Below, piece by piece: positions 1 through 8,316 of a stretch of DNA of 14,595 nucleotides (position 1 is the first letter of the stretch; each line of letters starts with the position of its first letter). Both the position numbers and the translations under genes were made by a program. The notes under the pieces are model-generated. The model was not told where the DNA came from. It saw only the letters and a program-made list of their open reading frames with translations, and searched no databases. Origin of the DNA: a bacterium (GTDB taxonomy: Bacteria > DUMJ01); contig JBMFMV010000049.1 of NCBI GenBank assembly GCA_049970495.1, positions 1 through 14,595 of the forward strand, given 5' to 3'.

Positions 1-1626
1 TGTAGTATCTGAAGGATTAGTATATGGTAACTTGATATGAGCTATAACTTCTTCTTTATTAAGAGGCTCTACCTTTATCTGTGAGCTAAATAAAGTAAGA
101 GGATATTTAGAAGAGACATCTCCAAAAATCTCCGAAAGTTCTTGGCAAGGACTTATATAAGTTACCTCTTCTTGGGTCTTGCCTATATATGAGACTCCAA
201 AGACATCGGCAAGCATAAAGTCTTCTCTTTTATTACCATTTTTGTCTAAGAGTGAGGTATAATAACTTGCATATAATCTACCACCAGAAGCAACATAATC
301 TCTAAAGGCACTTACCTCTTCTTGATCCATCATTAAAACATTAGGAAGAATAATAAGTTTATATTTTGATAGTTCACTAAGATTTTTCTTAGTTATTATA
401 CCAAAAGGTATATGACTACTTATTAAGCTTTTAGCGGTATTTAGCGCTGAATCTAGATGAGGCTGTTTACGAGCACTTTCTAAAACATTCTTCCCTTTGT
501 CCTTTGGATCAAACTTCGATTCGAAGCTAAAGTAAACTCCAACATCCTGACATAGTTTCCCACCGATGCATTTTTCATAATCCCTCACCCTATTGTATAT
601 TTCTCCCATTGTCTCATAGATTTTCTTATTTAAAGTTCCCACTGGGTCAATAGCATCTATAAAGAGGAATGCTCCTCCATTGGATAAAGCTGAATAGACT
701 TGAGCCTCCAGATGTTCCTTTGGCTTTGTTGTTGTGTGGTCTCTTAAGTCTATACATCTACTCGTCATAAACTCAAAAGGCTGATTATTAGTAAGATTAT
801 AGTATAGTTTACAGATGAATGACTCTTGTAAGGAGCCCCCATAAAAATCTCCTCCGCAATAGTCACTAGCTCTAGAAATTTCTGAAGTTACTCCAAAACT
901 CCAGTCAGCCACACAGGTAGAAAATTGATGCTCTACTGAAATATTCGGATTTATAGTTTTTACCTTATTAGTAGTAAGATGAGCAAATTCTGAAAGCCAT
1001 TCTTCCCTCTTTCTTTGAAATCTAACCCAATCTGGATCTTCCCAATCAATAATCTTTGGAAGCTCTTTCCCTGTCTCTTTAAAGAACCTTTCTTGACAAG
1101 ATTTACAGTAACATACCGCAGGCCAAAATGTCATATCAAAGAAAATACCTTCAAAATTGTAATTTCTACAAAGCTCTTCTATTTGACTTAGGACGAATTC
1201 TCTATATCCAGAATTAGGACAACAAACTCCATAACGTCCTGTCCATACTCTTGAAGCCTTCCCATCGGCAAGGACTATTCTCCAAGAAGGTTCTTTTTCA
1301 TATGCCCAGTTATTGAATATAAGACTATAATAGATAACAACATTAATACCTTCTTTATGACATAGCCCAATCATTTCTCCAAGGATATCTTTTCCTTTTA
1401 TTCCTCTATGCATATAACCTGTCTTTGTAGGCCAATAGCAATAACCTACATGAGAATTGGCATAAATCATCGCAGTAGTAACTTTAGCTATCTTTAACAA
1501 TTCTACATATCTTTTGGAATCAAACTGAGATAGAAATTCTTCATCCCAATCCTCAATATGCATATCCACTAGATTACGACGATAATCTCTAGAAAACCAA
1601 TAATTATTAGAAGATATAATAACCAT
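1..1626 (-). CDS. GH151-like / GHL6-type glycoside hydrolase (putative fucosidase-related), partial, runs off the left edge (at least 542 aa)
   Basis: Not in the ORF track because no stop lies in the window. Manual translation from the ATG at 1626: MVIISSNNYWFSRDYRRNLVDMHIEDWDEEFLSQFD...MIYANSHVGYCYWPTK...EGIFFDMTFWPAVCYCKSC...PFEFMTSRC...SNGGAFLFIDAIDPVG...KYKLIILPN...HIKLPYTNPSDTT, in frame at every segment checked. Motifs are colinear with the 661-aa GH151 protein in this window. The exact start codon is uncertain because the RBS is weak. Confidence 0.85.
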   Translation of the reverse strand, partial: MVIISSNNYWFSRDYRRNLVDMHIEDWDEEFLSQFDSKRYVELLKIAKVTTAMIYANSHVGYCYWPTKTGYMHRGIKGKDILGEMIGLCHKEGINVVIYYSLIFNNWAYEKEPSWRIVLADGKASRVWTGRYGVCCPNSGYREFVLSQIEELCRNYNFEGIFFDMTFWPAVCYCKSCQERFFKETGKELPKIIDWEDPDWVRFQRKREEWLSEFAHLTTNKVKTINPNISVEHQFSTCVADWSFGVTSEISRASDYCGGDFYGGSLQESFICKLYYNLTNNQPFEFMTSRCIDLRDHTTTKPKEHLEAQVYSALSNGGAFLFIDAIDPVGTLNKKIYETMGEIYNRVRDYEKCIGGKLCQDVGVYFSFESKFDPKDKGKNVLESARKQPHLDSALNTAKSLISSHIPFGIITKKNLSELSKYKLIILPNVLMMDQEEVSAFRDYVASGGRLYASYYTSLLDKNGNKREDFMLADVFGVSYIGKTQEEVTYISPCQELSEIFGDVSSKYPLTLFSSQIKVEPLNKEEVIAHIKLPYTNPSDTT

Positions 1627-1630
1627 CTAC

Positions 1631-1662
1631 CTAAGAAATAAAAGGGCGCCATTAGGCGCCCT
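1631..1662 (-). terminator. Rho-independent terminator downstream of the fucose isomerase gene
   Basis: Minus strand reads AGGGCGCC-TAAT-GGCGCCCT (perfect 8-bp GC-rich stem, 1643-1662), followed by TTTATTTCTT, 6 nt after the isomerase stop codon. Confidence 0.8.
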
Positions 1663-1668
1663 AGAGTT

Positions 1669-3165
1669 TTATTCTAGAATCTCCCAGAGTGGTGTAAGCC
1701 TCTCTTTACCCCTTGGGCCTAGAACTATAGGCTTTATACCGAGTATCTCACAATAGTAAACCAAGGTATCTACATAATCTCCTGGTATAGCCTGGATATG
1801 ATTTGCAGGGAATACATTTAAGAATTCTTCAAATGAACATTCTAATCTAGCGTGGACATGGGGCCAGGTGGGATTAGAGAGATTATTGATTGCTTTTCTC
1901 TCCTCTTCAGGAAGTTCTAAGCTTTCTCCCGGAACAATAACCATATAGACCTTATCATTGTAAAGACCAAGTCTAGCAAAAGTCATCTTAGTGGGTGCAG
2001 CATCGAACGAAACAGATGCTCCACCAGCCTTAAAGTAGTATTCGAGTGCCGGATGCAGGGTAATCTTCCTAAAGTTCTCCTTTGGATCTAAACTTAGAGA
2101 GGCATAATAGCTTGCATGATTTCCAGAGTTGCAGAAGTCCCAAATATCCTTGTCAGGATAGTATATCCTAACGTCCATAAAGAGTACTGGAAGTCCTCCG
2201 CTTATATACTTGAGTATCTCCATAGTTATAGCAGCATATGAGTCTGCCTCTGTAGCACATACAGTTGGTTCTTTAAATCCATACCAGTCGTAAGGATCAT
2301 TCATAACCATCTCAGGGATATCTCCTAGGCATACATATTCAGTTAATTCACGTTGTCCTTTAAGACCGCAGAAGTCAAACCCATTCTCCTCGTTAACTTT
2401 TTTCATAGCTAGATACAATCTAATCTGCGTCTTTAGTGACTGGGGAGTAAGCATCTTCCCATCGTATAAAATTCTATCACCCAAGAGTTCAGTAAACCAC
2501 TGGAACCCCTTCTCTACCTCTTTTTCGTCTATCTCTTCCATAACTTTAACCAATAATAACTGGTCTATCTGATAGGTAGTAACTCCAAATGTCTTTATAT
2601 TTGGAACAAGATGAAAATACCCAGTCTCCATCCCCATAGAATGTCCACCATAGAGACCATAGACCTCTCCCCTCATAGCTGTCACCGCTTGAGAAGCCCT
2701 TAGCCACTTGATAACCCTTTCCTGAACCTTAGGATCGTCTATGTCTCCAACTATTCTATGAGTCCTTCTTCCAGTCTGCCTAATCTCTCCATCGGTAGCA
2801 AGAAGTCCTACATTCCCAGGATACTGGGCATTATTATTAGATAGACTCAGGATAGGGACATTACTATCTAAAGAGTTTAAGAATGGCCAAGCTAGATAAG
2901 GAAAGTCCCAGACATTATAGCACATTATTATCTGTTTGCAGTTTGCCCTTGTGAGCTCTTCCGCTATCTTTTGAGCAGTCCTGACACTTTTAATAGTCTC
3001 AGAGGCAATTATTACCTCTGGAGAAGAACCATCTATATTCTTTAGGTTCTTCTTTATAACCTCAGCCCATCTTCTAACTACCTGCATATTTTCTTCTTCA
3101 TTAGCAGAATATACGTGTGGTCTTCCATCATTCACCATAACAATTCCAATAGGTGTTGATCTCAT
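1669..3165 (-). CDS. fucI: L-fucose isomerase (L-fucose/D-arabinose isomerase) family protein, 498 aa
   Basis: Motifs GGHSMGM, GQRELTE, ATEADS, FMDVR, CNSG, PTWPH and ANH match the FucI family, including the Glu/Asp/His metal ligands (E. coli ATEND, FADVR, ANH). RBS AAGGAG upstream. Shorter than E. coli FucI, and the substrate is not proven. Confidence 0.85.
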   Translation of the reverse strand: MRSTPIGIVMVNDGRPHVYSANEEENMQVVRRWAEVIKKNLKNIDGSSPEVIIASETIKSVRTAQKIAEELTRANCKQIIMCYNVWDFPYLAWPFLNSLDSNVPILSLSNNNAQYPGNVGLLATDGEIRQTGRRTHRIVGDIDDPKVQERVIKWLRASQAVTAMRGEVYGLYGGHSMGMETGYFHLVPNIKTFGVTTYQIDQLLLVKVMEEIDEKEVEKGFQWFTELLGDRILYDGKMLTPQSLKTQIRLYLAMKKVNEENGFDFCGLKGQRELTEYVCLGDIPEMVMNDPYDWYGFKEPTVCATEADSYAAITMEILKYISGGLPVLFMDVRIYYPDKDIWDFCNSGNHASYYASLSLDPKENFRKITLHPALEYYFKAGGASVSFDAAPTKMTFARLGLYNDKVYMVIVPGESLELPEEERKAINNLSNPTWPHVHARLECSFEEFLNVFPANHIQAIPGDYVDTLVYYCEILGIKPIVLGPRGKERLTPLWEILE

Positions 3166-3180
3166 TATCTCACTCCTTTC

Positions 3181-5166
3181 TTATTCTAATACTATTATTT
3201 GATACCCATTTACCTCTGGTAAAGTAAACTCTACATAACCATTATTATACACAAAATCCAAATCTTTCATCTTAGGTGCAAGGTAACATCGAGAAGGATA
3301 GCTATCATGCCTCACTTTTAATCCTACATTATAGAGGGGTATTACGTCCTCTATAATGTCTATACTCCTACATCTCCTCTCAGGTATATAGTGAAGTATA
3401 TGGACTACCTTTCTGATTTTATCCCCAAACTTTTGTAAATTTACAGTTACTCTAGCGGTAGAAGGAAGATCACTTATAAGTAAGGGTTTATCTAAGAGAA
3501 TATCTATACAGTTTTTCACTAGTTTCTTATAAACTAGATTTCCATGGAGTAAATAGGCTCTAAATATAGGATAGGAGATATAGATTATGTTATCCCTCTT
3601 AATCACTGCCGGATATGGACTCTTCTTCTCTGGGGGAGTCTGTGCATGCGAAGAGAAATGCTCCCAAGTCCTATTAAAGTATGGCTGATAGATCTCAGCT
3701 AAAATCTGCGCGCCATCCTTAGGTTGAATCTTTGTCCCTCTTTCATACATTACATACTCTGCAGGTTCGATACCCTTATCGATAGGGAACAATACCCTAA
3801 AATAGTCTGGACAGTAATCACTATCGCCCAAATAATTGACACCTAGCTCTTCAAAAATGAATCTCTCATTAGTTAATCCTGATTTATAGCTTAGTATGAG
3901 CTTCCCACCGTTATTTAAGTAAACCCTTAACTTCTCAGCCAGTTTTTCATCAATATTAACCCTATCAGGAGCTATTATAAGCTTATACTTGGATAGATCT
4001 TCTTGAGAATCTATAAAAGAGAATTGATAATGAGACTCTGACAATATCCTCATAGCCCCTTCATCTGAGTCTGTTCTCCAATCATTAAAGAAAGAGCTAG
4101 AGATAAGGACTCCTATATCCGAGAGAGGTTTGGCATTTTTACACCATTCTTCCCTCTCTGCTACCTTCTTATATACACTACCTATAAGCTTATAGACAGC
4201 CTTATCTAATCTACCTCTTGGATGTAGCTGATCTCCAACAGAACACTTTGCCCCCAAAGAGAGCATGGTGAAACATTCGTACTCTAGAGCAGGTTCATTT
4301 TTGAATCCTCCAAAATCAGCCCAACTCTTGTGAAATCTCCCTGTCATTCCAAGAAGGTCTTTCTCAAGAGTCTGATAATAACGAACAAATAACGGGAAAT
4401 GATTGTACCCCCAACCACCAGATGGTAAAGACTCTATCTCAAAATGAGTAAAATAGTCTAATTCTTGTCTCATACCAAGTTCAAAGTCACTCTCAAGTCT
4501 AAGCCTAGAGTTATAGAATACACTAACATCTAGTTTTAGACTCTTTACTAATTTATCCATTCTAGACATGAAGTTTCTGCCCACCATCTGGGAATGCTTA
4601 TAAAGATCCGCATCGTTTGTTGGGTCAAGGCCTAGTTTTTTCATACTCTTCACACAATGATTACATACACAGCCAGGATAGGTTTGCATTACTATATCGA
4701 AGAAGATACCATCTACATTGTATAGTTTAAGCACCTCTTCTGTCTGTTCTGCCACATAATCTACATATGGAGAGTTCATACACAAAAATCTCCAACCTCT
4801 ATTACCAAAAGGTGGCCTTCCAGCTAAAGTCCCATCCTTATTAACTTGTAACCAGTCCCCATGATTACTAGCTGAATACTCATCCCATACTACACTAATG
4901 TAAGCACAGACCCTTATTCCTTCTTTATGGCATGCTTCTACCATCTCGCCGAGGATGTCTTTCTTTAGTGAAGGATGCATAACTCCTACCTTGGTAGGAT
5001 AATAAGACATACCGTGGTGACATTTGGCAAAGACTGTGATAGAGTTGACATACGCCTCTTTAAGAATTTTAGCAAATTCCTCAGGGTCGAAATCTATCCC
5101 TACATCTGGTATCAATGGTGAGGTATGAAAATCAAGATGAACCTGCCTAAAGGGTAATTCAATCAT
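3181..5166 (-). CDS. GH151-type alpha-L-fucosidase (TIM barrel plus GH42-like trimerisation/Rossmann domain), 661 aa
   Basis: FRQVHLDFHTS, FAKCHHG, DGIFFDI, CxCxxC, EIESLPSGGWGY, GMTGRFHKSWADFGG, GDQLHPRG and HFSSHAQTP, plus its length, match the Paenibacillus thiaminolyticus fucosidase isoenzyme 2 type as I recall it. No signal peptide visible. Confidence 0.85.
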   Translation of the reverse strand: MIELPFRQVHLDFHTSPLIPDVGIDFDPEEFAKILKEAYVNSITVFAKCHHGMSYYPTKVGVMHPSLKKDILGEMVEACHKEGIRVCAYISVVWDEYSASNHGDWLQVNKDGTLAGRPPFGNRGWRFLCMNSPYVDYVAEQTEEVLKLYNVDGIFFDIVMQTYPGCVCNHCVKSMKKLGLDPTNDADLYKHSQMVGRNFMSRMDKLVKSLKLDVSVFYNSRLRLESDFELGMRQELDYFTHFEIESLPSGGWGYNHFPLFVRYYQTLEKDLLGMTGRFHKSWADFGGFKNEPALEYECFTMLSLGAKCSVGDQLHPRGRLDKAVYKLIGSVYKKVAEREEWCKNAKPLSDIGVLISSSFFNDWRTDSDEGAMRILSESHYQFSFIDSQEDLSKYKLIIAPDRVNIDEKLAEKLRVYLNNGGKLILSYKSGLTNERFIFEELGVNYLGDSDYCPDYFRVLFPIDKGIEPAEYVMYERGTKIQPKDGAQILAEIYQPYFNRTWEHFSSHAQTPPEKKSPYPAVIKRDNIIYISYPIFRAYLLHGNLVYKKLVKNCIDILLDKPLLISDLPSTARVTVNLQKFGDKIRKVVHILHYIPERRCRSIDIIEDVIPLYNVGLKVRHDSYPSRCYLAPKMKDLDFVYNNGYVEFTLPEVNGYQIIVLE

Positions 5167-6253
5167 AGTATCTCACCCCTTCATCAAGCATTATTAGATA
5201 ATTCTCTACTGGCACATAATTTGTTACCGTATTACCAGAACCTAGTGCATATCTAGTAGGCATACACTTATCTAAGATATCTCTTACATAAGCTCTCAAT
5301 TCTTTCTCTTCTAACCTACATAGTTTATCTACGTCTACTCCACCTAAAACCCCTACCCTATCACCGTAGAGCTTCTTAAATTCTGTTACCGGTATAATTG
5401 TATCCTGAAACGAATGAAGGGCATCTATCTTTACATCATCGATTAGGTCTTCGATTATCTCTAAGATATTCCCACAGCAGTGAAACCAGTACATTTTATT
5501 ATACTTGTGTGCAAGTTCGGCATATCTCTTATGCCAAGGTAAGACCAGTTCTCTTAAGAATTTTGGAGATAATATGGTACTTGTCTTAAAACCAAGGTCA
5601 TCTCCTTGGAATATCCCTTCTACATTATCGAGAGTAATAAGATTTTCATAGAATCTATAGATTATCTCCCCAACTCTATCAAACACTGCCTTTACTAGCT
5701 CGTAGTCTTCATACAATAGATAGCTCATCCCTTCAAAACCTAAGAGCGATTCACTGCTAATCTCAAAGACCCCACTAGAAGGACAGACGAGCATCTTCAT
5801 CCCTTCCGGTAGATTTTCAGAGACAAACTCATAATTAGAATAATCAAAAGATTCCGGTTTAGGCCATGGATATTCTTCAAAGTCTTTCCAGGAAGTAATT
5901 ATCCCAACAGATTCCTCTATCCAATTCCTCTGACCCCTAGAAAGTATAGCAGTATCTGAGGTAACTCTCCTTTTCTGTCCAATAAAAGTTAGTCCTCCGC
6001 TAACTCTGATATAGTCATATCCCATCTTATACCAGAAATTTATCTGTTGTCTCCAAAAACCCTTAAAGTCTTCTTGAGGAGAACGAATAATTTCATCCCC
6101 CAAGATACTTTCTGTGATATACCAAATAATCTCTATATCCGGAAATAGCTCCACAAAGTGGACCCTCCTAGCAGGCTTTTTACCCAAAATTACATCTTTA
6201 AATTCATAGAAATTTGGTTCTGGCTTTTTAAATGGAACTTTGAATTTCTTCAT
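5159..6253 (-). CDS. URO-D / MtaA-CmuA methyltransferase-like TIM-barrel protein, 364 aa
   Basis: GDDLGFKTSTILSPKFLRELVLPWHK, FHCCGN (HxC), GVLGGVDVD and YALGSGNTVTNYVPVENY are typical of the URO-D-like superfamily. It lacks the HemE MRQAGR motif. Start moved from 6274 to the ATG at 6253, which follows AGGAGG. Overlaps the GH151 start by 8 nt. Confidence 0.85.
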   Translation of the reverse strand: MKKFKVPFKKPEPNFYEFKDVILGKKPARRVHFVELFPDIEIIWYITESILGDEIIRSPQEDFKGFWRQQINFWYKMGYDYIRVSGGLTFIGQKRRVTSDTAILSRGQRNWIEESVGIITSWKDFEEYPWPKPESFDYSNYEFVSENLPEGMKMLVCPSSGVFEISSESLLGFEGMSYLLYEDYELVKAVFDRVGEIIYRFYENLITLDNVEGIFQGDDLGFKTSTILSPKFLRELVLPWHKRYAELAHKYNKMYWFHCCGNILEIIEDLIDDVKIDALHSFQDTIIPVTEFKKLYGDRVGVLGGVDVDKLCRLEEKELRAYVRDILDKCMPTRYALGSGNTVTNYVPVENYLIMLDEGVRYYD

Positions 6254-6449
6254 AGAACCTCCTAAAGAAATCAATCTTCTCCCCCATTATCTCTACAAAT
6301 CCCTTTGGTGTAAGTATTTTGAAGGCCCAATCCTTTAGGTTTTTACAGGAAAGGATGTCCTTATCTCCATTAATGAGAAAATCTACTTTGACCTTTTTAA
6401 GTATCTCAATAGCCTCTTCCTCTGTAGGGGCAGCAACTTTTGTCTTCAA
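6228..6449 (-). pseudogene. Truncated PIN-domain toxin remnant (TIGR00305-like C-terminal half), 73 aa
   Basis: VDFLINGDKDILSCK...FKILTPKGFV matches the C-terminal D-x-L-I-T-G-D-K-D-L-L...I-x-T-P-x-E-F pattern of PIN toxins. The N-terminal DTNV motif is absent. TTG start preceded by AGGAGGTGAT. Confidence 0.6.
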
Positions 6450-6458
6450 TTTATCACC

Positions 6459-6489
6459 TCCTAAGTAGCTATATTATAGTTACTTAGGA
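6459..6489. promoter_or_regulatory. 31-bp near-perfect palindrome covering an upstream stop codon, a TATAAT box and part of the downstream RBS
   Basis: Plus strand TCCTAAGTAGCTATA-T-TATAGTTACTTAGGA, 15-bp arms with one mismatch. Minus-strand TATAAT at 6473-6478, stop codon at 6484-6486, AGGAGG at 6457-6462. Function is inferred. Confidence 0.6.
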
Positions 6490-7533
6490 AGAAACAAGTC
6501 TTCCTCTTAAATATTCTATATACTTCTCCATCATCTCATCAGGTATATTGGGTGGAAGGTGATTCCCAACTGCAAATATAACTCCTCTACATTTTTGGGC
6601 TGTTTCTATTGTTCTATCTATATTGGCTCTTACTACATCCCATTTGCCAAGGGTTAAGTCTCTACAATCAACATAACTTCCAACTAAGACAGTAGAATCT
6701 CCAAATCTTTCTACCATAAAACCAAAGTCATTACAGGGTTCAAAGATCAATCCATCAGCCCCCGCATTAACTATATCCTCTGCAAATTCCATAAAGTTAC
6801 CATCAGAACAGAAAAGGACCTTTTTACCAGCCTTATGAAGCGGCTTCCACAATTCTGCGTATCTAGGAATGATAATTTTTCTATATATCTCTGGTCTCAT
6901 AAATGGCCCACTTGCCCAGACAAAATCATCATGTTGGATAATTACCTCTGCACTTGTCTTTGCCCAAGCTTCCATATGGAAGAGAGTAAATCGAAAGAAA
7001 CTATCTAAAACCTTTTCCATCTTATTAATATCTGTTAGTGCCAAGAGAAACATCTCCCATCCAAATGCCTGTATAGCTCCAGAGACAATAGTCTTATAGT
7101 ATCCACCAGTAGTTAATTGGTCAGGGAAGTCTTCTCTAGCCTTCTGTATAATACTCTCATATGCCTCTACCTGTTCATTGAAATCTGGCAATCCATACTC
7201 TGCTACTGCATCGAAAGCCCATACCTCTTCAGGTGTCTTAAATGGGCATTCCTTTGGAATCCTTTTATCACTCCCATTAATAGCATATTCCGCATGCCCC
7301 ATATCAGTAGCTCGTCCAAAGTTTTCCCAATTGCCATGAAGTCCATCGTTTGTGTTCCATAGAAAATCTATCAACCAGATGTCAAAAAATTTTCTCATGG
7401 TAGTAAGATCTACTTCTTTAGCTCCCGTCTTTTTTAAAATGTACTCAGTATGATAGTTTATACTATATTCCGTATGTGCTATTCTTGGAGTCTCTTTAAG
7501 ATATATTGTGTTTAAGGCAATCTCTTTGCTCAT
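6484..7533 (-). CDS. URO-D / methyltransferase-like TIM-barrel protein, 349 aa
   Basis: AFGWEMFLLAL, HDDFVWASGPFMRPEIYRKIIIPRY, LFCSDGN, GADGLIFEP and FAVGNHLPPNIP follow the URO-D-like pattern. ATGA overlap with the SDR stop codon. Confidence 0.8.
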   Translation of the reverse strand: MSKEIALNTIYLKETPRIAHTEYSINYHTEYILKKTGAKEVDLTTMRKFFDIWLIDFLWNTNDGLHGNWENFGRATDMGHAEYAINGSDKRIPKECPFKTPEEVWAFDAVAEYGLPDFNEQVEAYESIIQKAREDFPDQLTTGGYYKTIVSGAIQAFGWEMFLLALTDINKMEKVLDSFFRFTLFHMEAWAKTSAEVIIQHDDFVWASGPFMRPEIYRKIIIPRYAELWKPLHKAGKKVLFCSDGNFMEFAEDIVNAGADGLIFEPCNDFGFMVERFGDSTVLVGSYVDCRDLTLGKWDVVRANIDRTIETAQKCRGVIFAVGNHLPPNIPDEMMEKYIEYLRGRLVSS

Positions 7534-8306
7534 AGAAGGGTATAACCCCCATCTATCACTAAGACTTGGCCCGTCATAAAACTTGAAGCATCTGAAGCTA
7601 AATAGACAACTGCCCCTCCCAATTCTTCCGGTTCCCCAGGTCTTTTCATAGGTGTTGGCTCAAGCCATGCCTTGCGATATTCCTCTTTCTCGAAGAATGG
7701 AGCTGTCATTGCTGTCTTCATATAGCCTGGAGCTATGGCATTTACGTTGATATTATACTTAGCCCACTCGACAGCAAGAGACTTCGTAAGCATAATGACA
7801 CCAGCTTTAGATGCATTATATGCAACCTGCGGCTGTGGATAATTTACTATAAGTCCTGACATGGATGCAATATTTATAATTCTACCCTGTCTGCGTTCTA
7901 TCATATGTCTACCAACAGCTTGGGAACATAGAAACACCCCTGTAAGATTTACAGCTATAACATCATCCCAATCCTTCTTAGTCATGATTTCTGCTAGAGC
8001 GTGTCTTACAATACCTGCATTGTTCACCAAGATATCTATATGGCCCAAATTGGTAACAACTTCTTCTACCATACGATTTACATCTTCTTCTTTGGTAACA
8101 TCTGCCTGGATTGCTATGAACTTTCTACCTAGCTTCTTAGAAAGTTCTTCTGCAGTTTGTATAGCCAGCTCTATATTAATATCAACAATAGCGACATTAG
8201 CTCCAGCCTCCCCCAAGGCTTGAGCCATAGCTTTACCTAGCCCCTGTGCAGAGCCAGTAACTATGGCATTCCTGTCATCTAATCTAAAAAGGTCTAAGAT
8301 TCCCAT
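7530..8306 (-). CDS. Classical short-chain dehydrogenase/reductase, polyol dehydrogenase / ketose reductase-like, 258 aa
   Basis: TGSAQGLG, NNAG, catalytic S and YNASK. The Asp in IVDIN suggests NAD(H) preference. SMSGLIVNYPQPQVAYNASKAGV resembles mannitol/arabitol/galactitol dehydrogenase-type SDRs. Start moved from 8324 to the ATG at 8306, which follows GAAGG. Confidence 0.88.
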   Translation of the reverse strand: MGILDLFRLDDRNAIVTGSAQGLGKAMAQALGEAGANVAIVDINIELAIQTAEELSKKLGRKFIAIQADVTKEEDVNRMVEEVVTNLGHIDILVNNAGIVRHALAEIMTKKDWDDVIAVNLTGVFLCSQAVGRHMIERRQGRIINIASMSGLIVNYPQPQVAYNASKAGVIMLTKSLAVEWAKYNINVNAIAPGYMKTAMTAPFFEKEEYRKAWLEPTPMKRPGEPEELGGAVVYLASDASSFMTGQVLVIDGGYTLL

Positions 8307-8316
8307 AGTTAACCTT

